From contig OY769902.1 of assembly GCA_963669175.1 (NCBI GenBank), positions 3,104,001 to 3,168,000 of the forward strand: DNA of 64,000 bases, read 5' to 3'. Below the pieces are notes generated by a model, which had not been told where the DNA came from, did no database searches, and saw only the letters and a program-made list of their open reading frames with translations. The stretch is from a bacterium (lineage in GTDB: Bacteria > Electryoneota > Electryoneia > Electryoneales > Electryoneaceae). A program made the translations under genes and the position numbers. Shown piece after piece: positions 48,014 through 57,257 of the stretch (its first letter is position 1; each line of letters starts with the position of its first letter).

Positions 48014-51000
48014 ATGTACAGATTGCGAGTGTTGTTTTTGATTGCAGCAATTACGGGTATTGCTGCAGCATCCGAATCCCTTACCCCACAATCCGACCAG
48101 AGCATGTCTCCCTTTCAGGTTGTAGAACGGCAGGTTACTGAAGCGGGAATTACTGCGACATTTGCGGTCGAAGAACCAACCTGGGTGCCTGTCGAGGGTA
48201 TCGATGGCAGTCAGCTTGAACTTGCCGTATTCCCATTAAGTGGCGCACTTACGGAGAACGGAATGCCATCCGTTCCCGTTGCGGCAACCCTTTTCAGGCT
48301 TCCACCTCGAAGCGGCGCTATAGTAGAAGTTCTGGAAGCCGAATATGTTACGTATTCAGATGTTGAATACGCTTCCCTGTACGCAAACGAACTGAACGAA
48401 GGCAGCAATGAAATAGAGTACGCATGTGCAGATAGAGAGTTGGATAGCTGGTATCCGGGAACACTTGCGGAGATTGGCGAACCGGCAATCCTCCATGATT
48501 TCCGTGTAACCAACCTGATGACTTACCCGGTTCAGGTTAATCCTGCACGGAATGAAGTGCGGGTTTATACCACGTTGCGAGTTCAGGTTCGCTATGAAGG
48601 TATTGACGAGCGTAATGCACTGGAGAATTGGCCCACACGGTTGAGTCGTTCCATGGTGCCAAAGTATGAAGCGTTCCTGGATTGGGAACTGGACGAATTG
48701 AACGACTACGAATTCTATGATGGCAATGCTATTGTCATTATGCGTGATGATGATGCCTTGTGGAGCGCGATGGAGGATTGGTTTGAGTGGAAGCTTCAAA
48801 AGGGATGGAAGCTTGATTTTATCCATGAAAGCGATGTCGGCTCATGGTCGGCCGCAAGTATTCGTAGCGAACTAATCGAACGATATGAGAACGCCCGGGA
48901 CAAGTTTGATTATGTCGTTGTAATTGGTGACGATACCGGGTCGTTCGATGTGCCTGCCGGTTCCGGTGGGAGCGGTGGCGGTAATGGTGATCATCTCTAT
49001 AGCTGTCTTGTAGGGAATGATAACCTGGGTGATGTTGGAATTGGCCGGATTTCTGTACAAACTGTTACCCAGGCAGTGGCATACACCAACAAAGTGCTTA
49101 TATACGAACGGGATGTAGATTTCGATAATACAGACTGGTATCTCCGTGCCATGTTAAATCGAGCCAATTCAGGCGCTGGGATCAGTAAGATAATCATGCA
49201 TCGGTATTATAAATGTCTCTTGTTGCAGCAGCTTGGTTTTACGCAGGTTGATACAATCAACTGGGGTGGTCAGGATCCTTTAGCGATGCAGAAAATTGAC
49301 GATGGAGTCAGTTTTTATTCTGAGCGAGGGTACCTGGGGCAGGGGTTAAGTATTGCTGAAGTGAACCAGTTGAACAATGACAACATGACACCTGTCGTCA
49401 TTGATGTCACCTGCGGTACCGGGAACTGGTCCGATAATACAGGAATCAATGAAGCGTTCATGCTGGCCGGTACTGTAAACGCACCGCGTGGCGGTGTGGT
49501 CGCCATGTCCATGGCAACTTCAGGCACACATCCGAACTTCAACAATGTACTATCCGGAGCGTCCGGTTGGTCCATGTTGCAGATGCAATGGCCAACGCCC
49601 GGGGACATGATGCTGGCGGCAAAGATTAATGGCTGGGTAAACTATGAAGGTCGTAGCAATGAACTGGATAACTTCCTGATGTGGTATAACCTGATGGGCG
49701 ACCCACTGGTGTACATCTGGACTGATATGCCGCATGAGTTTGAGGTGGACGCGCCTGCCACGATAGCCCTTGGCCAGCGTGAATATGTGGTAACTGTCGA
49801 AGAAGGCGGAGTTCCGGTAGAGGATGCCTGGGTTACTTTCTACAAGGATTCTGGTGTTGACGATATTCAGATTTCCAGGTACACTGATGAGAACGGCGTT
49901 GCCACATTCTATCCTGATGTGAATGCTTCCGGTAATGCCATGCTTACGGTGACCAAGCTGAATTTCGCCCCAACGCAGATTGAGGTTAATGTGAACGGTG
50001 TTGGCGCTTCTGTCAGCTACCAGAGCATTAACTATATCGATACTGGCATGGGGGGGACAATCGGTGATGGCGATGGTATTCCTGAAGCCGGTGAGCGTGT
50101 TGGTTTGCAACTTACCCTGAAAAACTACGGTGGAGCTGAAGAAACGGACATCAATATCACTGCAGAAATAGATGATCCCTATATCAATGATGTCTATGGC
50201 GCGGTTACCCTGGGATCATTGGGCGCAAATCAATCATCCCTGGGAAGTGGGGTTATTCTTGTTGATATCGCTCCTTTTGCACAGGACAGGTGGCTGGTTC
50301 CGGTAACCCTGGTTGTTGAAACCGAATCCGGGACAACGACGGATGGATTCGAACTATCTATTGCCGCACCGAACTATGTTGTTACCAGTGTGGCAACAAA
50401 TGGAAACCTGAATCCGGGGGCAAACAGGGAGGTAACTTTAACCCTGGGTAATGCCGGTGGAAGTGACGCAACACTTGGCAATGCCATGTTGATCAGCCGC
50501 GATCCCTGGTTACGGTTTATCGAGTATTCCGGCACCATCCCGGCAATAGAAGTAAACGGAACGGCAACCTCATCCGTTTTCAGAGCCGAAGCGCTTGTAG
50601 GCAGTTTCCCGGGGTATGAGGCGAAAGCCATGTTGATCGTAACCACTGAAACGGGCCAGGTTGATACGGCGTATACCTCAGTGGTGTTCGGAACTCGCAG
50701 TGAAAGCGATCCGATTGGTCCGGACAGATATGGTTACATGGCATTTGATAACATTGATACTGATTGGGACTATGCGCCCACATACAACTGGATTGAAATC
50801 AATCCGGATGTGAACGGGTATGATTATGAGGGAACGGAAATAGAGATCGAAGATCTGGCAGAAAACGATGACGAAGGCGATACTTTGAACCTGGAGGTTC
50901 ATGGTTTCCCGATCACGTATTATGGTGAAACATTCAACTACATCTCGATCACAACCAACGGTTTTCTGGCTATGGGGTTGCAACCCAGCATCTGCAACAA

Positions 51001-53086
51001 CCGGAACTGGTCCATTCCAACTCCTGCCGGTCCTTCCTACATGATTGCGCCTTACTGGGATGAACTTCAGACCAATGGCGATTGCGCGATACTGTACTAT
51101 CATGATGAAGAGAATGGCCGTCTGATTTTCGAGTTTTACAAGATGCGGCACCACAGTACTGTCTATGAAAGCACTTTTGAAGTCATTTTCTACGATACGG
51201 AAATGTATCCGACAGCGACTGGCGATAACGAGTTTGTGTTCCAGTACGGTGAATGCGATCACTCGAGTGGAGGTATGTCTTATGATGTGCCCTATTGGAC
51301 AACAGGTATCGAGAATGGCGATCAGAGTGATGGCTTGCTGATGGCTTACTGGAATGAATATGCGCCCGGCGCTGCTGAAATCGAGCAGGGAAGAGCGATC
51401 AAGTTTACCACCAACATTGACGTCCCGATTGGAAGCATTCACGGTGCAATCTCCTGCCTGGCAACGGGCAATCCGATTGAAAATGCCTTAGTTGCTACCA
51501 GTGACGGCATGTTCCAGGCAATCACCGATGCTGAAGGTGAATACATCATCGACAGCGTTTTCATTGGTGAATATAACCTGGTTGTTTCGGCGGATTGTTT
51601 CAATGATGGGGCTGTTGCGGGGATTGTTGTCAATGATGGAAGCGATGTAACAGCAAATGCGCAGCTTCGCCATCCGGAGTTTGAATTGTCAACTCTCGAC
51701 CTGGCAACAGAGTTGCCACCGGATTCTGAGACGACACTCCAGTTTGAATTGACTAATAATGGGAATGGGCCTTTATACTATGAAACTGATTTGAGCTTCC
51801 CTAATGAAGCTCTGTTTAATGGTGGAGGGGGATCAGGGAATCGTGGACCAGTGCATAGCGGCTCAGAGCTGGATGAAGCCTGGGACCAGGTGTTCGAGTT
51901 TGGACTGGATCCGATGGAGCTTCGCTACCGTGGTGTAATCTTCGATGGCGAATACTTCTGGATGACCGGATCAAATTCGTATGACGTCAGCGGCCCAAAC
52001 AAATTGTATCAGTACGATGCAGCGGGCACATACATCGCCACCTTTGATCAGCCGGTACCGGCCGAGAATCGTACCAGCCAGGGGTTCTTTGGTATGGTTT
52101 GGGATGGGGAATACCTGTACGCAGCGGACAATGGAATCATGTACCAGATGGAGTTTGTCGGCGATGAATGGACCGCTGTCGATACCTGGGATATCCCCGC
52201 CAATCCTGCACGGTATATTGTTCTCGATCCCGATAACTACATTTTCTATGTAGGTGACTTCGGTACTGAAATACGTGCAGTGCATCCTGATAGCCAGGGA
52301 GTCATCTACGAGTTTGGTCAAGATTTCTATCCACGTGGTGGCGGCTGGTATCCTGAGGATGAAGATGGATTTTACATCTACTTCATAGCACAGGAAAACG
52401 GCACTTCAATAGTAAACTTTATCAAGATGGACCCGGTTACCGGTGAAACACGTCCTGTCTTCAACACAGAAGTCGATGCTGGTTACCTGGCAACGGGTGG
52501 TGATGTGACTTATTTCTGGGATCCGTCCATCTGGCAATTCATCAGTGTGCTTGAGAGTTCTGATAGTGACATGGTCAGGCTGTGGGAAATCGATACCTAT
52601 GCCAATTGGGTTGAGGTCTTGAACCCGACAGGCGTGGTAGAAGCAGGGGAGAGTAGAGTTATTGAGGTCCATGTGCATTCGTACGGACTGCCGCCGGATA
52701 CATTCAGCGTAGCCGTTGATCTCTACCACAACGCCTGTACTGAGAACCAGGAGTGGGTCGATGTTGTCCTGGTGGTTACTGATCAGGGCGCGATTGACGA
52801 TCCTGATGTTGCGAATCTGCCCACGGAATTCACCTTTGACGGCGCCTATCCGAACCCGTTTAACCCGATCGCGTCTGTACGTTTTGGCTTGCCGGAGACT
52901 GCGATGGTAAAGGCGAACGTGTTCAACCTGCTGGGACAGAAGGTTGCGACGCTGGCGAATCAACCCATGCAGGCAGGATATCATCAGCTCACCTTCGACG
53001 GTAGCAACTTGGCGAGCGGGATGTACTTCCTGAACTTCCAGGCCGGACCGCTTCAGAAAACGACGAAGCTGATCCTCATGAAATAG
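48014..53086 (+). CDS. Gingipain-like C25-family multidomain secreted protein, paralogue 2
   Basis: Collinear end to end with 35336-40411, with the same motifs and CTD. ATG 48014 follows GGAGG. Confidence 0.85.
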   Translation: MYRLRVLFLIAAITGIAAASESLTPQSDQSMSPFQVVERQVTEAGITATFAVEEPTWVPVEGIDGSQLELAVFPLSGALTENGMPSVPVAATLFRLPPRSGAIVEVLEAEYVTYSDVEYASLYANELNEGSNEIEYACADRELDSWYPGTLAEIGEPAILHDFRVTNLMTYPVQVNPARNEVRVYTTLRVQVRYEGIDERNALENWPTRLSRSMVPKYEAFLDWELDELNDYEFYDGNAIVIMRDDDALWSAMEDWFEWKLQKGWKLDFIHESDVGSWSAASIRSELIERYENARDKFDYVVVIGDDTGSFDVPAGSGGSGGGNGDHLYSCLVGNDNLGDVGIGRISVQTVTQAVAYTNKVLIYERDVDFDNTDWYLRAMLNRANSGAGISKIIMHRYYKCLLLQQLGFTQVDTINWGGQDPLAMQKIDDGVSFYSERGYLGQGLSIAEVNQLNNDNMTPVVIDVTCGTGNWSDNTGINEAFMLAGTVNAPRGGVVAMSMATSGTHPNFNNVLSGASGWSMLQMQWPTPGDMMLAAKINGWVNYEGRSNELDNFLMWYNLMGDPLVYIWTDMPHEFEVDAPATIALGQREYVVTVEEGGVPVEDAWVTFYKDSGVDDIQISRYTDENGVATFYPDVNASGNAMLTVTKLNFAPTQIEVNVNGVGASVSYQSINYIDTGMGGTIGDGDGIPEAGERVGLQLTLKNYGGAEETDINITAEIDDPYINDVYGAVTLGSLGANQSSLGSGVILVDIAPFAQDRWLVPVTLVVETESGTTTDGFELSIAAPNYVVTSVATNGNLNPGANREVTLTLGNAGGSDATLGNAMLISRDPWLRFIEYSGTIPAIEVNGTATSSVFRAEALVGSFPGYEAKAMLIVTTETGQVDTAYTSVVFGTRSESDPIGPDRYGYMAFDNIDTDWDYAPTYNWIEINPDVNGYDYEGTEIEIEDLAENDDEGDTLNLEVHGFPITYYGETFNYISITTNGFLAMGLQPSICNNRNWSIPTPAGPSYMIAPYWDELQTNGDCAILYYHDEENGRLIFEFYKMRHHSTVYESTFEVIFYDTEMYPTATGDNEFVFQYGECDHSSGGMSYDVPYWTTGIENGDQSDGLLMAYWNEYAPGAAEIEQGRAIKFTTNIDVPIGSIHGAISCLATGNPIENALVATSDGMFQAITDAEGEYIIDSVFIGEYNLVVSADCFNDGAVAGIVVNDGSDVTANAQLRHPEFELSTLDLATELPPDSETTLQFELTNNGNGPLYYETDLSFPNEALFNGGGGSGNRGPVHSGSELDEAWDQVFEFGLDPMELRYRGVIFDGEYFWMTGSNSYDVSGPNKLYQYDAAGTYIATFDQPVPAENRTSQGFFGMVWDGEYLYAADNGIMYQMEFVGDEWTAVDTWDIPANPARYIVLDPDNYIFYVGDFGTEIRAVHPDSQGVIYEFGQDFYPRGGGWYPEDEDGFYIYFIAQENGTSIVNFIKMDPVTGETRPVFNTEVDAGYLATGGDVTYFWDPSIWQFISVLESSDSDMVRLWEIDTYANWVEVLNPTGVVEAGESRVIEVHVHSYGLPPDTFSVAVDLYHNACTENQEWVDVVLVVTDQGAIDDPDVANLPTEFTFDGAYPNPFNPIASVRFGLPETAMVKANVFNLLGQKVATLANQPMQAGYHQLTFDGSNLASGMYFLNFQAGPLQKTTKLILMK

Positions 53087-53093
53087 GGAGGAT

Positions 53094-53215
53094 GTCACAC
53101 TCGAGGACCGATCCATGTGAATCGGTCCACGAGCGTGACGATTCGCGTGGATTGATCCACAGGAAAGCCCAACGAAAACAACCAACCGGCGATGTCATTT
53201 GATATCGCCGGTTTT
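53094..53215 (+). terminator. Long 3'UTR hairpin plus terminator after C25 paralogue 2
   Basis: Hairpin GTCACACTCGAGGACCGAT/ATCGGTCCACGAGCGTGAC (53094-139) and terminator AACCGGCGATGTCA/TGATATCGCCGGTTTT (53184-215). Confidence 0.7.
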
Positions 53216-53365
53216 CCATGCCTGGGCTGGGATCTGCTGAATCCGTCGGCGAACTCGCGTGGCCCGACTTATGCGCCGAGGCGTACTGCTTGCTGGCGGG
53301 TTCCTGGTCAGATGTCATTCCGCGATACAGTGATATAATGAGGGATCAAATGAATATCTCGCATT

Positions 53366-53460
53366 ACTACTGAAGGATTATATCTCTAAGTAAAATAGAC
53401 CACCGCCGGGCAGCCGCCTACGCTTCGCTTCGGCGTGCTTCAAGCCGGCGGGGCCAAATA
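53366..53460 (+). repeat. ~95-bp palindromic repeat, inverted copy of 57595-57686
   Basis: ACTACTGAAGGA...CCGCCGG...GTGCTTCAAGCCGGCGGGGCCAA is shared with the reverse complement of 57595-57686. Confidence 0.8.
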
Positions 53461-53462
53461 AG

Positions 53463-53654
53463 TCAACTGGCTATTGCATCTTCAGCATACTGAAATACAG
53501 GGCAAAGCTGTGTGCATAATCCGCAATTCATACAATTGTCCTGGTTTATAGTCGGTACTCCGAAACCAACCTGAATGATTGCATTGGTTGGACAGGCATT
53601 TATCACCGGACATGGGTGATTATGTGGGCACATGTGTTTCAGGACGTGAATCAT
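53463..53654 (-). CDS. Small 4Fe-4S ferredoxin-like protein
   Basis: CPHNHPCP...CPTNAI...CMNCGLCTQLCP, with a GGAGG RBS upstream. Confidence 0.85.
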   Translation of the reverse strand: MIHVLKHMCPHNHPCPVINACPTNAIIQVGFGVPTINQDNCMNCGLCTQLCPVFQYAEDAIAS

Positions 53655-53884
53655 GGTATGGTATCCTCCCGTGAGTTTAACCGTTTTCAAGCGTTGGATG
53701 CGAGAACAGGCGGTTCGATGCTTTTGGGAGGAACGGGGAGGCAAAGTAAGGATGAACAAGAGTTTGGCTAATGAAACTTCTTTCGAGTTTAACCGGTCAT
53801 TTTTATCTGCCAGGTTTTGGTATGTTAGTGGTCTGTCCGTTTTAGCCTGCTTCAGCAGGCTCTTCTTAGCACCCGGCTTTAGCC

Positions 53885-54280
53885 CTGTCTCTTACCCACA
53901 TCTTCTGAAAGCTGTATCAGTAAAAGAGTTGTGGACATAGCATTTTTAGAATCCCGGCGGGATTCCCTATTTTAGCATAGTGTACAGGCCGTCTGTTTGG
54001 CCTGTACACTATGTCAGGTATTCTAACGAATAATCAACCCTGGAAGGGTTGCATAATACGCGATTCATATTAGTACGTTCAATAAATACAGGAAATAACG
54101 CATTTTATATTCTATACAAACCAATTGGGTGTAAATTATACGTTATGCAACCCTTCCAGGGTTGAGATAAGGTTTGATCTTTTTCGTAGGGTAGACGCTA
54201 AACAGACAGCGTCAACCCTACGCTAAAATATACCACCCCCTCTGGGGTGGCAGAAACACGAAGATGTGAGCAAGAGACAG
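53885..54280. mobile_element. 396-bp non-autonomous IS4-family (IS50/Tn5-like) element
   Basis: 19-bp inverted ends CTGTCTCTTACCCACATCT (53885-903) and AGATGTGAGCAAGAGACAG (54262-80). GGCTTTAGCC is duplicated at 53875-84 and 54281-90. Confidence 0.85.
53950..54251. repeat. Inner three-hairpin palindromic element carried within the IS50-like MITE
   Basis: Inverted pairs TATTTTAGC/GCTAAAATA, CCGTCTGTTTGG/CTAAACAGACAG and CAACCCTGGAAGGGTTGCATAA/TTATGCAACCCTTCCAGGGTTG. Same family as 24325-24571. Confidence 0.8.
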
Positions 54281-54486
54281 GGCTTTAGCCGGGGTGAATA
54301 GAACGTGTAATAATCAGGAGCGCGCTTTAGCGTGCTTTCCAGTACGTAAACTCTGCGTTGGTAAGCACCCTGAAGGGCGCTCAGTATTTTGTGGTATCTT
54401 CACACCTGGCTAAAGCCAGGTGCTAAGAGGGAGCAGGCTAAAGCCTGCTAAAATAATAGAAATAAAGTAAAGATGACAAATGATTT

Positions 54487-54637
54487 CACAAGCCTACAGC
54501 ATCAGTGAAATCGTCTCGCCATTGGGAGTTAGGAATAAAGTATAGATGATAAATGATAAATGATAAATGATAAATGATAAATGATAAATGATAACACAAG
54601 GCTACAACATCAGTGAAATCGTCTCGCCATTGGGAGT
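54487..54637. repeat. 43-bp direct repeat flanking an (ATGATAA)7 microsatellite
   Basis: 54487-54529 vs 54595-54637 (2 mismatches); seven perfect heptamers at 54546-54594. Confidence 0.9.
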
Positions 54638-55489
54638 GAGGGGGAGTTCGGGCATTTCCATGTATGGTTTCCCATCCAGCAACCGTCCCGCTTTTTTCTT
54701 GTTCAGCCCGCCCCATTGTTTGAAGAAGAAGGGGACGTTCTGTTCATGGCACTGATCACGGATGCTTCGAACCCAATCCGGTTGAATGACACGCGCCTGC
54801 GGGCCGGACTCGCCGCCCACGATCACCCAGTGGATATCCGTCAGGTTAAGGTTGTCGATAGGGCCGAGCAACGGTTCGATGGACAGGAAACGAATGGCAG
54901 CCGGTGTGCGTCGTAGATGCTCAATCCGCCAGGTATAATCACGGTTCTCCACACTGACACCCAACCAGATATGAGGTGGTACAGTATCTGGATCTGTTTG
55001 GCCCGACTGCTTGCTGTCGGGAACGCCTGAATCCCTCGAAGAACTCGTGTGGCCCGACTGCTTGCTGTCGGGAATTGCGGAATCTCGTAGCCCGTCCATG
55101 CCTGGACGGGGATCGGACAATACATCTTGATAAATCTGCGGAACCAATTCTTCCAACCGTTCCGCGCGCTTTGTCAGCACCTGGTAAACGTGACGATTGC
55201 ACTGTATCATTACCTCGAACACCCGCTTCACATACTCGTATGGGATGTCCTCGTGAAACAGGTCGTTCATGGAATTGACGAAAATGACCTGTGGTTTACG
55301 AAGGTGGAACGGCTCGCGCAGCACATCCTCATGGCAACGCACCGCAAACCCATCGGCGTACTTCTCCTGTCCCATGGCCTGTAAGCGTTTCGCCATCCGT
55401 TCAGCGTAACAATGTTTGCAGCCCGGGCTGATTTTGGTACACCCTGTAGTCGGGTTCCAGGTAGAAAATGTCCATTCGATTTTCGACAA
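54602..55489 (-). CDS. DUF5131 / phage Gp37-Gp68 family (radical-SAM-like) protein with an in-frame REP insert
   Basis: SKIEWT..TWNPTTGCTKISPGCKHCYA, FVNSMNDLFH, LTKR, WLGVSVE, SIEPLL, WVIVGGESG, FFFKQWG. Probable TTG start at 55489. Confidence 0.88.
   Translation of the reverse strand: MSKIEWTFSTWNPTTGCTKISPGCKHCYAERMAKRLQAMGQEKYADGFAVRCHEDVLREPFHLRKPQVIFVNSMNDLFHEDIPYEYVKRVFEVMIQCNRHVYQVLTKRAERLEELVPQIYQDVLSDPRPGMDGLRDSAIPDSKQSGHTSSSRDSGVPDSKQSGQTDPDTVPPHIWLGVSVENRDYTWRIEHLRRTPAAIRFLSIEPLLGPIDNLNLTDIHWVIVGGESGPQARVIQPDWVRSIRDQCHEQNVPFFFKQWGGLNKKKAGRLLDGKPYMEMPELPLTPNGETISLML
54998..55112 (+). repeat. Three REP palindromes inside the DUF5131 coding sequence
   Basis: (G/T)TGGCCCGACTGCTTGCTGTCGGGAA at 54998-55023 and 55049-55074; a GTAG REP at 55087-55112 identical to 272-297. 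Confidence 0.9.
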
Positions 55490-55690
55490 AAAACTGTCCT
55501 TATGTATACTGAACAAAATAGCAGTTTGTGTATCAACCAATCAATACTTCTGTTACGGGGAGCCCCCCGGTTTTAATCAGTTGCCCCGGTAGGTTAAGGG
55601 CAATATATTGCCGCTTCGAAGGAGTTGTTTTTCCTCGCAGTAACCAGCAAAAAGTCAACACGTTGATAACTGAAGATCAAGGGGGCCATC

Positions 55691-57241
55691 ATGGCACTTT
55701 TACCATTCACGAACGAACCATTGACCGATTTCAGCATTCCCGAGAACAAGGCCGCGTTTGAAGCCGCTCTCGAGAAGGTGCGTGGCGATTTCAACAAGCA
55801 TTGGGATTTGTTGATTGGCGGCGAACGTGTCGCTTCCGATAAGAAGATCACCTCGTATGATCCGGCGAACCCGGAACAGGCCGTGGGCACTGTTGGCAAG
55901 GCCAACAAAGAGCAAGCCCAGATGGCGATTGACAAGGCCTACGAATACTATGAAGAATACTGGCGTTACACGGCACCGGAATTCCGTGCCCGTATCATCC
56001 TGAAGGCCGCGCATATGATGCGTGTGCGCAAGCATGAGTTCAGCGCCACGATGGTATACGAAGAATCGAAGAACTGGGTAGAAGCGGACGCCGATACCGC
56101 CGAAGCGATTGACTTCCTCGAGTTCTACGGTCGTGAAATGATGCGTCTCGGTGGCGCACAGCCGGTAGTCCCGTACGCCGGTGAAGAGAACAATCTGTAT
56201 TACCAGCCGTTGGGTGTTGGCGTTGTGATTCCGCCATGGAACTTCCCGTGCGCAATTATGGCCGGCATGACCACCGCATCATTGGTCACCGGTAACGCGA
56301 CAGTCCTGAAGCCGGCATCCACCGCTCCGGTGATTGCGGCCAAGTTTGTCGATCTGCTGCTGGAAGCCGGTATGCCCGCGAAGGCAGTCACTTTCTGCCC
56401 GGGCAGCGGCGGTGAAGTAGGCGATACCCTAGTCGGTCATCCCAAGACCCGTTTTATTGCCTTCACCGGTTCCAAGGAAGTCGGTCTTCATATTCACGAA
56501 CTGGCAGCCAAGACTCAGCCGGGCCAGATCTGGATCAAACGCACCATCCTGGAAATGGGTGGCAAGGATGCGTTGATCGTAGACGAAACGGCCAATCCGG
56601 ATTATTCGGCATTGCAGGCCGTCCTGGGCGCCTTCGGGTTCCAGGGCCAGAAGTGCAGCGCATGCAGCCGTCTGATCATCGACGCCAAGATTTATGATGA
56701 AGTCGTGGCGAAGGTCGTTGCGCTGACGAAGGAACTGAAGGTCGCGCATCCGGAATCCAACCCGAACATGGGCGCTGTGATTGATGGCGCTGCGTTTGAG
56801 AAGATCAAGGAATATATCGAGTTCGCCAAGCAGGACGGCAACAAGCTGGAATGCGGCGGTGGCACGATTGACGGCGGTTTCTTCGTCGAGCCGACTGTGT
56901 TCTCCGGTGTCAAGGAAAACGACAAGATCGCACAGGAAGAGATCTTCGGCCCGGTGCTGGCCTGCATCAAGGCGGACAACTACGAACATGCGGTGAAGAT
57001 CTTCAACGGCACCGAATTCGGTTTGACCGGTGGCTTGATTTCCAATGATCGTGAACGCCTCGAGCACGCACGTTATCACCTGCACGCCGGGAACCTGTAC
57101 CTGAACCGTAAGATCACGGGCGCCCTGGTTGCGGTGCAGCCGTTCGGTGGCTTCAACATGAGCGGTACCGACAGCAAGGCCGGGGGCCAGGATTACCTGA
57201 TGCTGTTCATGCAGGGCAAGTCCGTGACCGAACGCTGGTAG
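55691..57241 (+). CDS. pruA: L-glutamate gamma-semialdehyde (P5C) dehydrogenase
   Basis: Motifs FTNEP, EADADTAEAIDF, IPPWNFP, FTGS, EMGGK, FQGQKCSACSR, EEIFGP and QPFGGFNMSG. Confidence 0.95.
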   Translation: MALLPFTNEPLTDFSIPENKAAFEAALEKVRGDFNKHWDLLIGGERVASDKKITSYDPANPEQAVGTVGKANKEQAQMAIDKAYEYYEEYWRYTAPEFRARIILKAAHMMRVRKHEFSATMVYEESKNWVEADADTAEAIDFLEFYGREMMRLGGAQPVVPYAGEENNLYYQPLGVGVVIPPWNFPCAIMAGMTTASLVTGNATVLKPASTAPVIAAKFVDLLLEAGMPAKAVTFCPGSGGEVGDTLVGHPKTRFIAFTGSKEVGLHIHELAAKTQPGQIWIKRTILEMGGKDALIVDETANPDYSALQAVLGAFGFQGQKCSACSRLIIDAKIYDEVVAKVVALTKELKVAHPESNPNMGAVIDGAAFEKIKEYIEFAKQDGNKLECGGGTIDGGFFVEPTVFSGVKENDKIAQEEIFGPVLACIKADNYEHAVKIFNGTEFGLTGGLISNDRERLEHARYHLHAGNLYLNRKITGALVAVQPFGGFNMSGTDSKAGGQDYLMLFMQGKSVTERW

Positions 57242-57257
57242 GTTCATTGCGAATTTG

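Larger units (their letters stand above)
53841..54452. repeat. Outer three-hairpin palindromic element (GGCTTTAGCC family), interrupted by a MITE
   Basis: Left arm TTTAGCCTGCTTCAGCAGGC..TTAGCACCCGGCTTTAGCC mirrors right arm CACCTGGCTAAAGCCAGGTGCTAA..AGCAGGCTAAAGCCTGCTAAA. Confidence 0.75.

Noticed and set aside
35336-53086. C25 paralogues as DGR targets or an assembly duplication
   Set aside because: Differences are spread throughout, include many synonymous changes of all base types, and there is no long near-identical tract.
53366-53460. Integron attC site
   Set aside because: It lacks RYYYAAC/GTTRRRY core boxes, and there is no cassette array or integrase.
53885-54280. Nextera/Tn5 adapter contamination
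   Set aside because: Both ends differ from the exact mosaic end, they are inverted as transposon ends should be, and they are flanked by a target duplication that reconstitutes a hairpin.
54487-54637. DGR template/variable repeat pair
   Set aside because: Only 43 bp long, one of the two mismatches is C/G (not adenine-specific), and there is no reverse transcriptase in the window.
54602-55489. DUF5131 (phage Gp37/Gp68) as evidence of a prophage
   Set aside because: No other phage genes are present, and the neighbours are metabolic genes and repeats.
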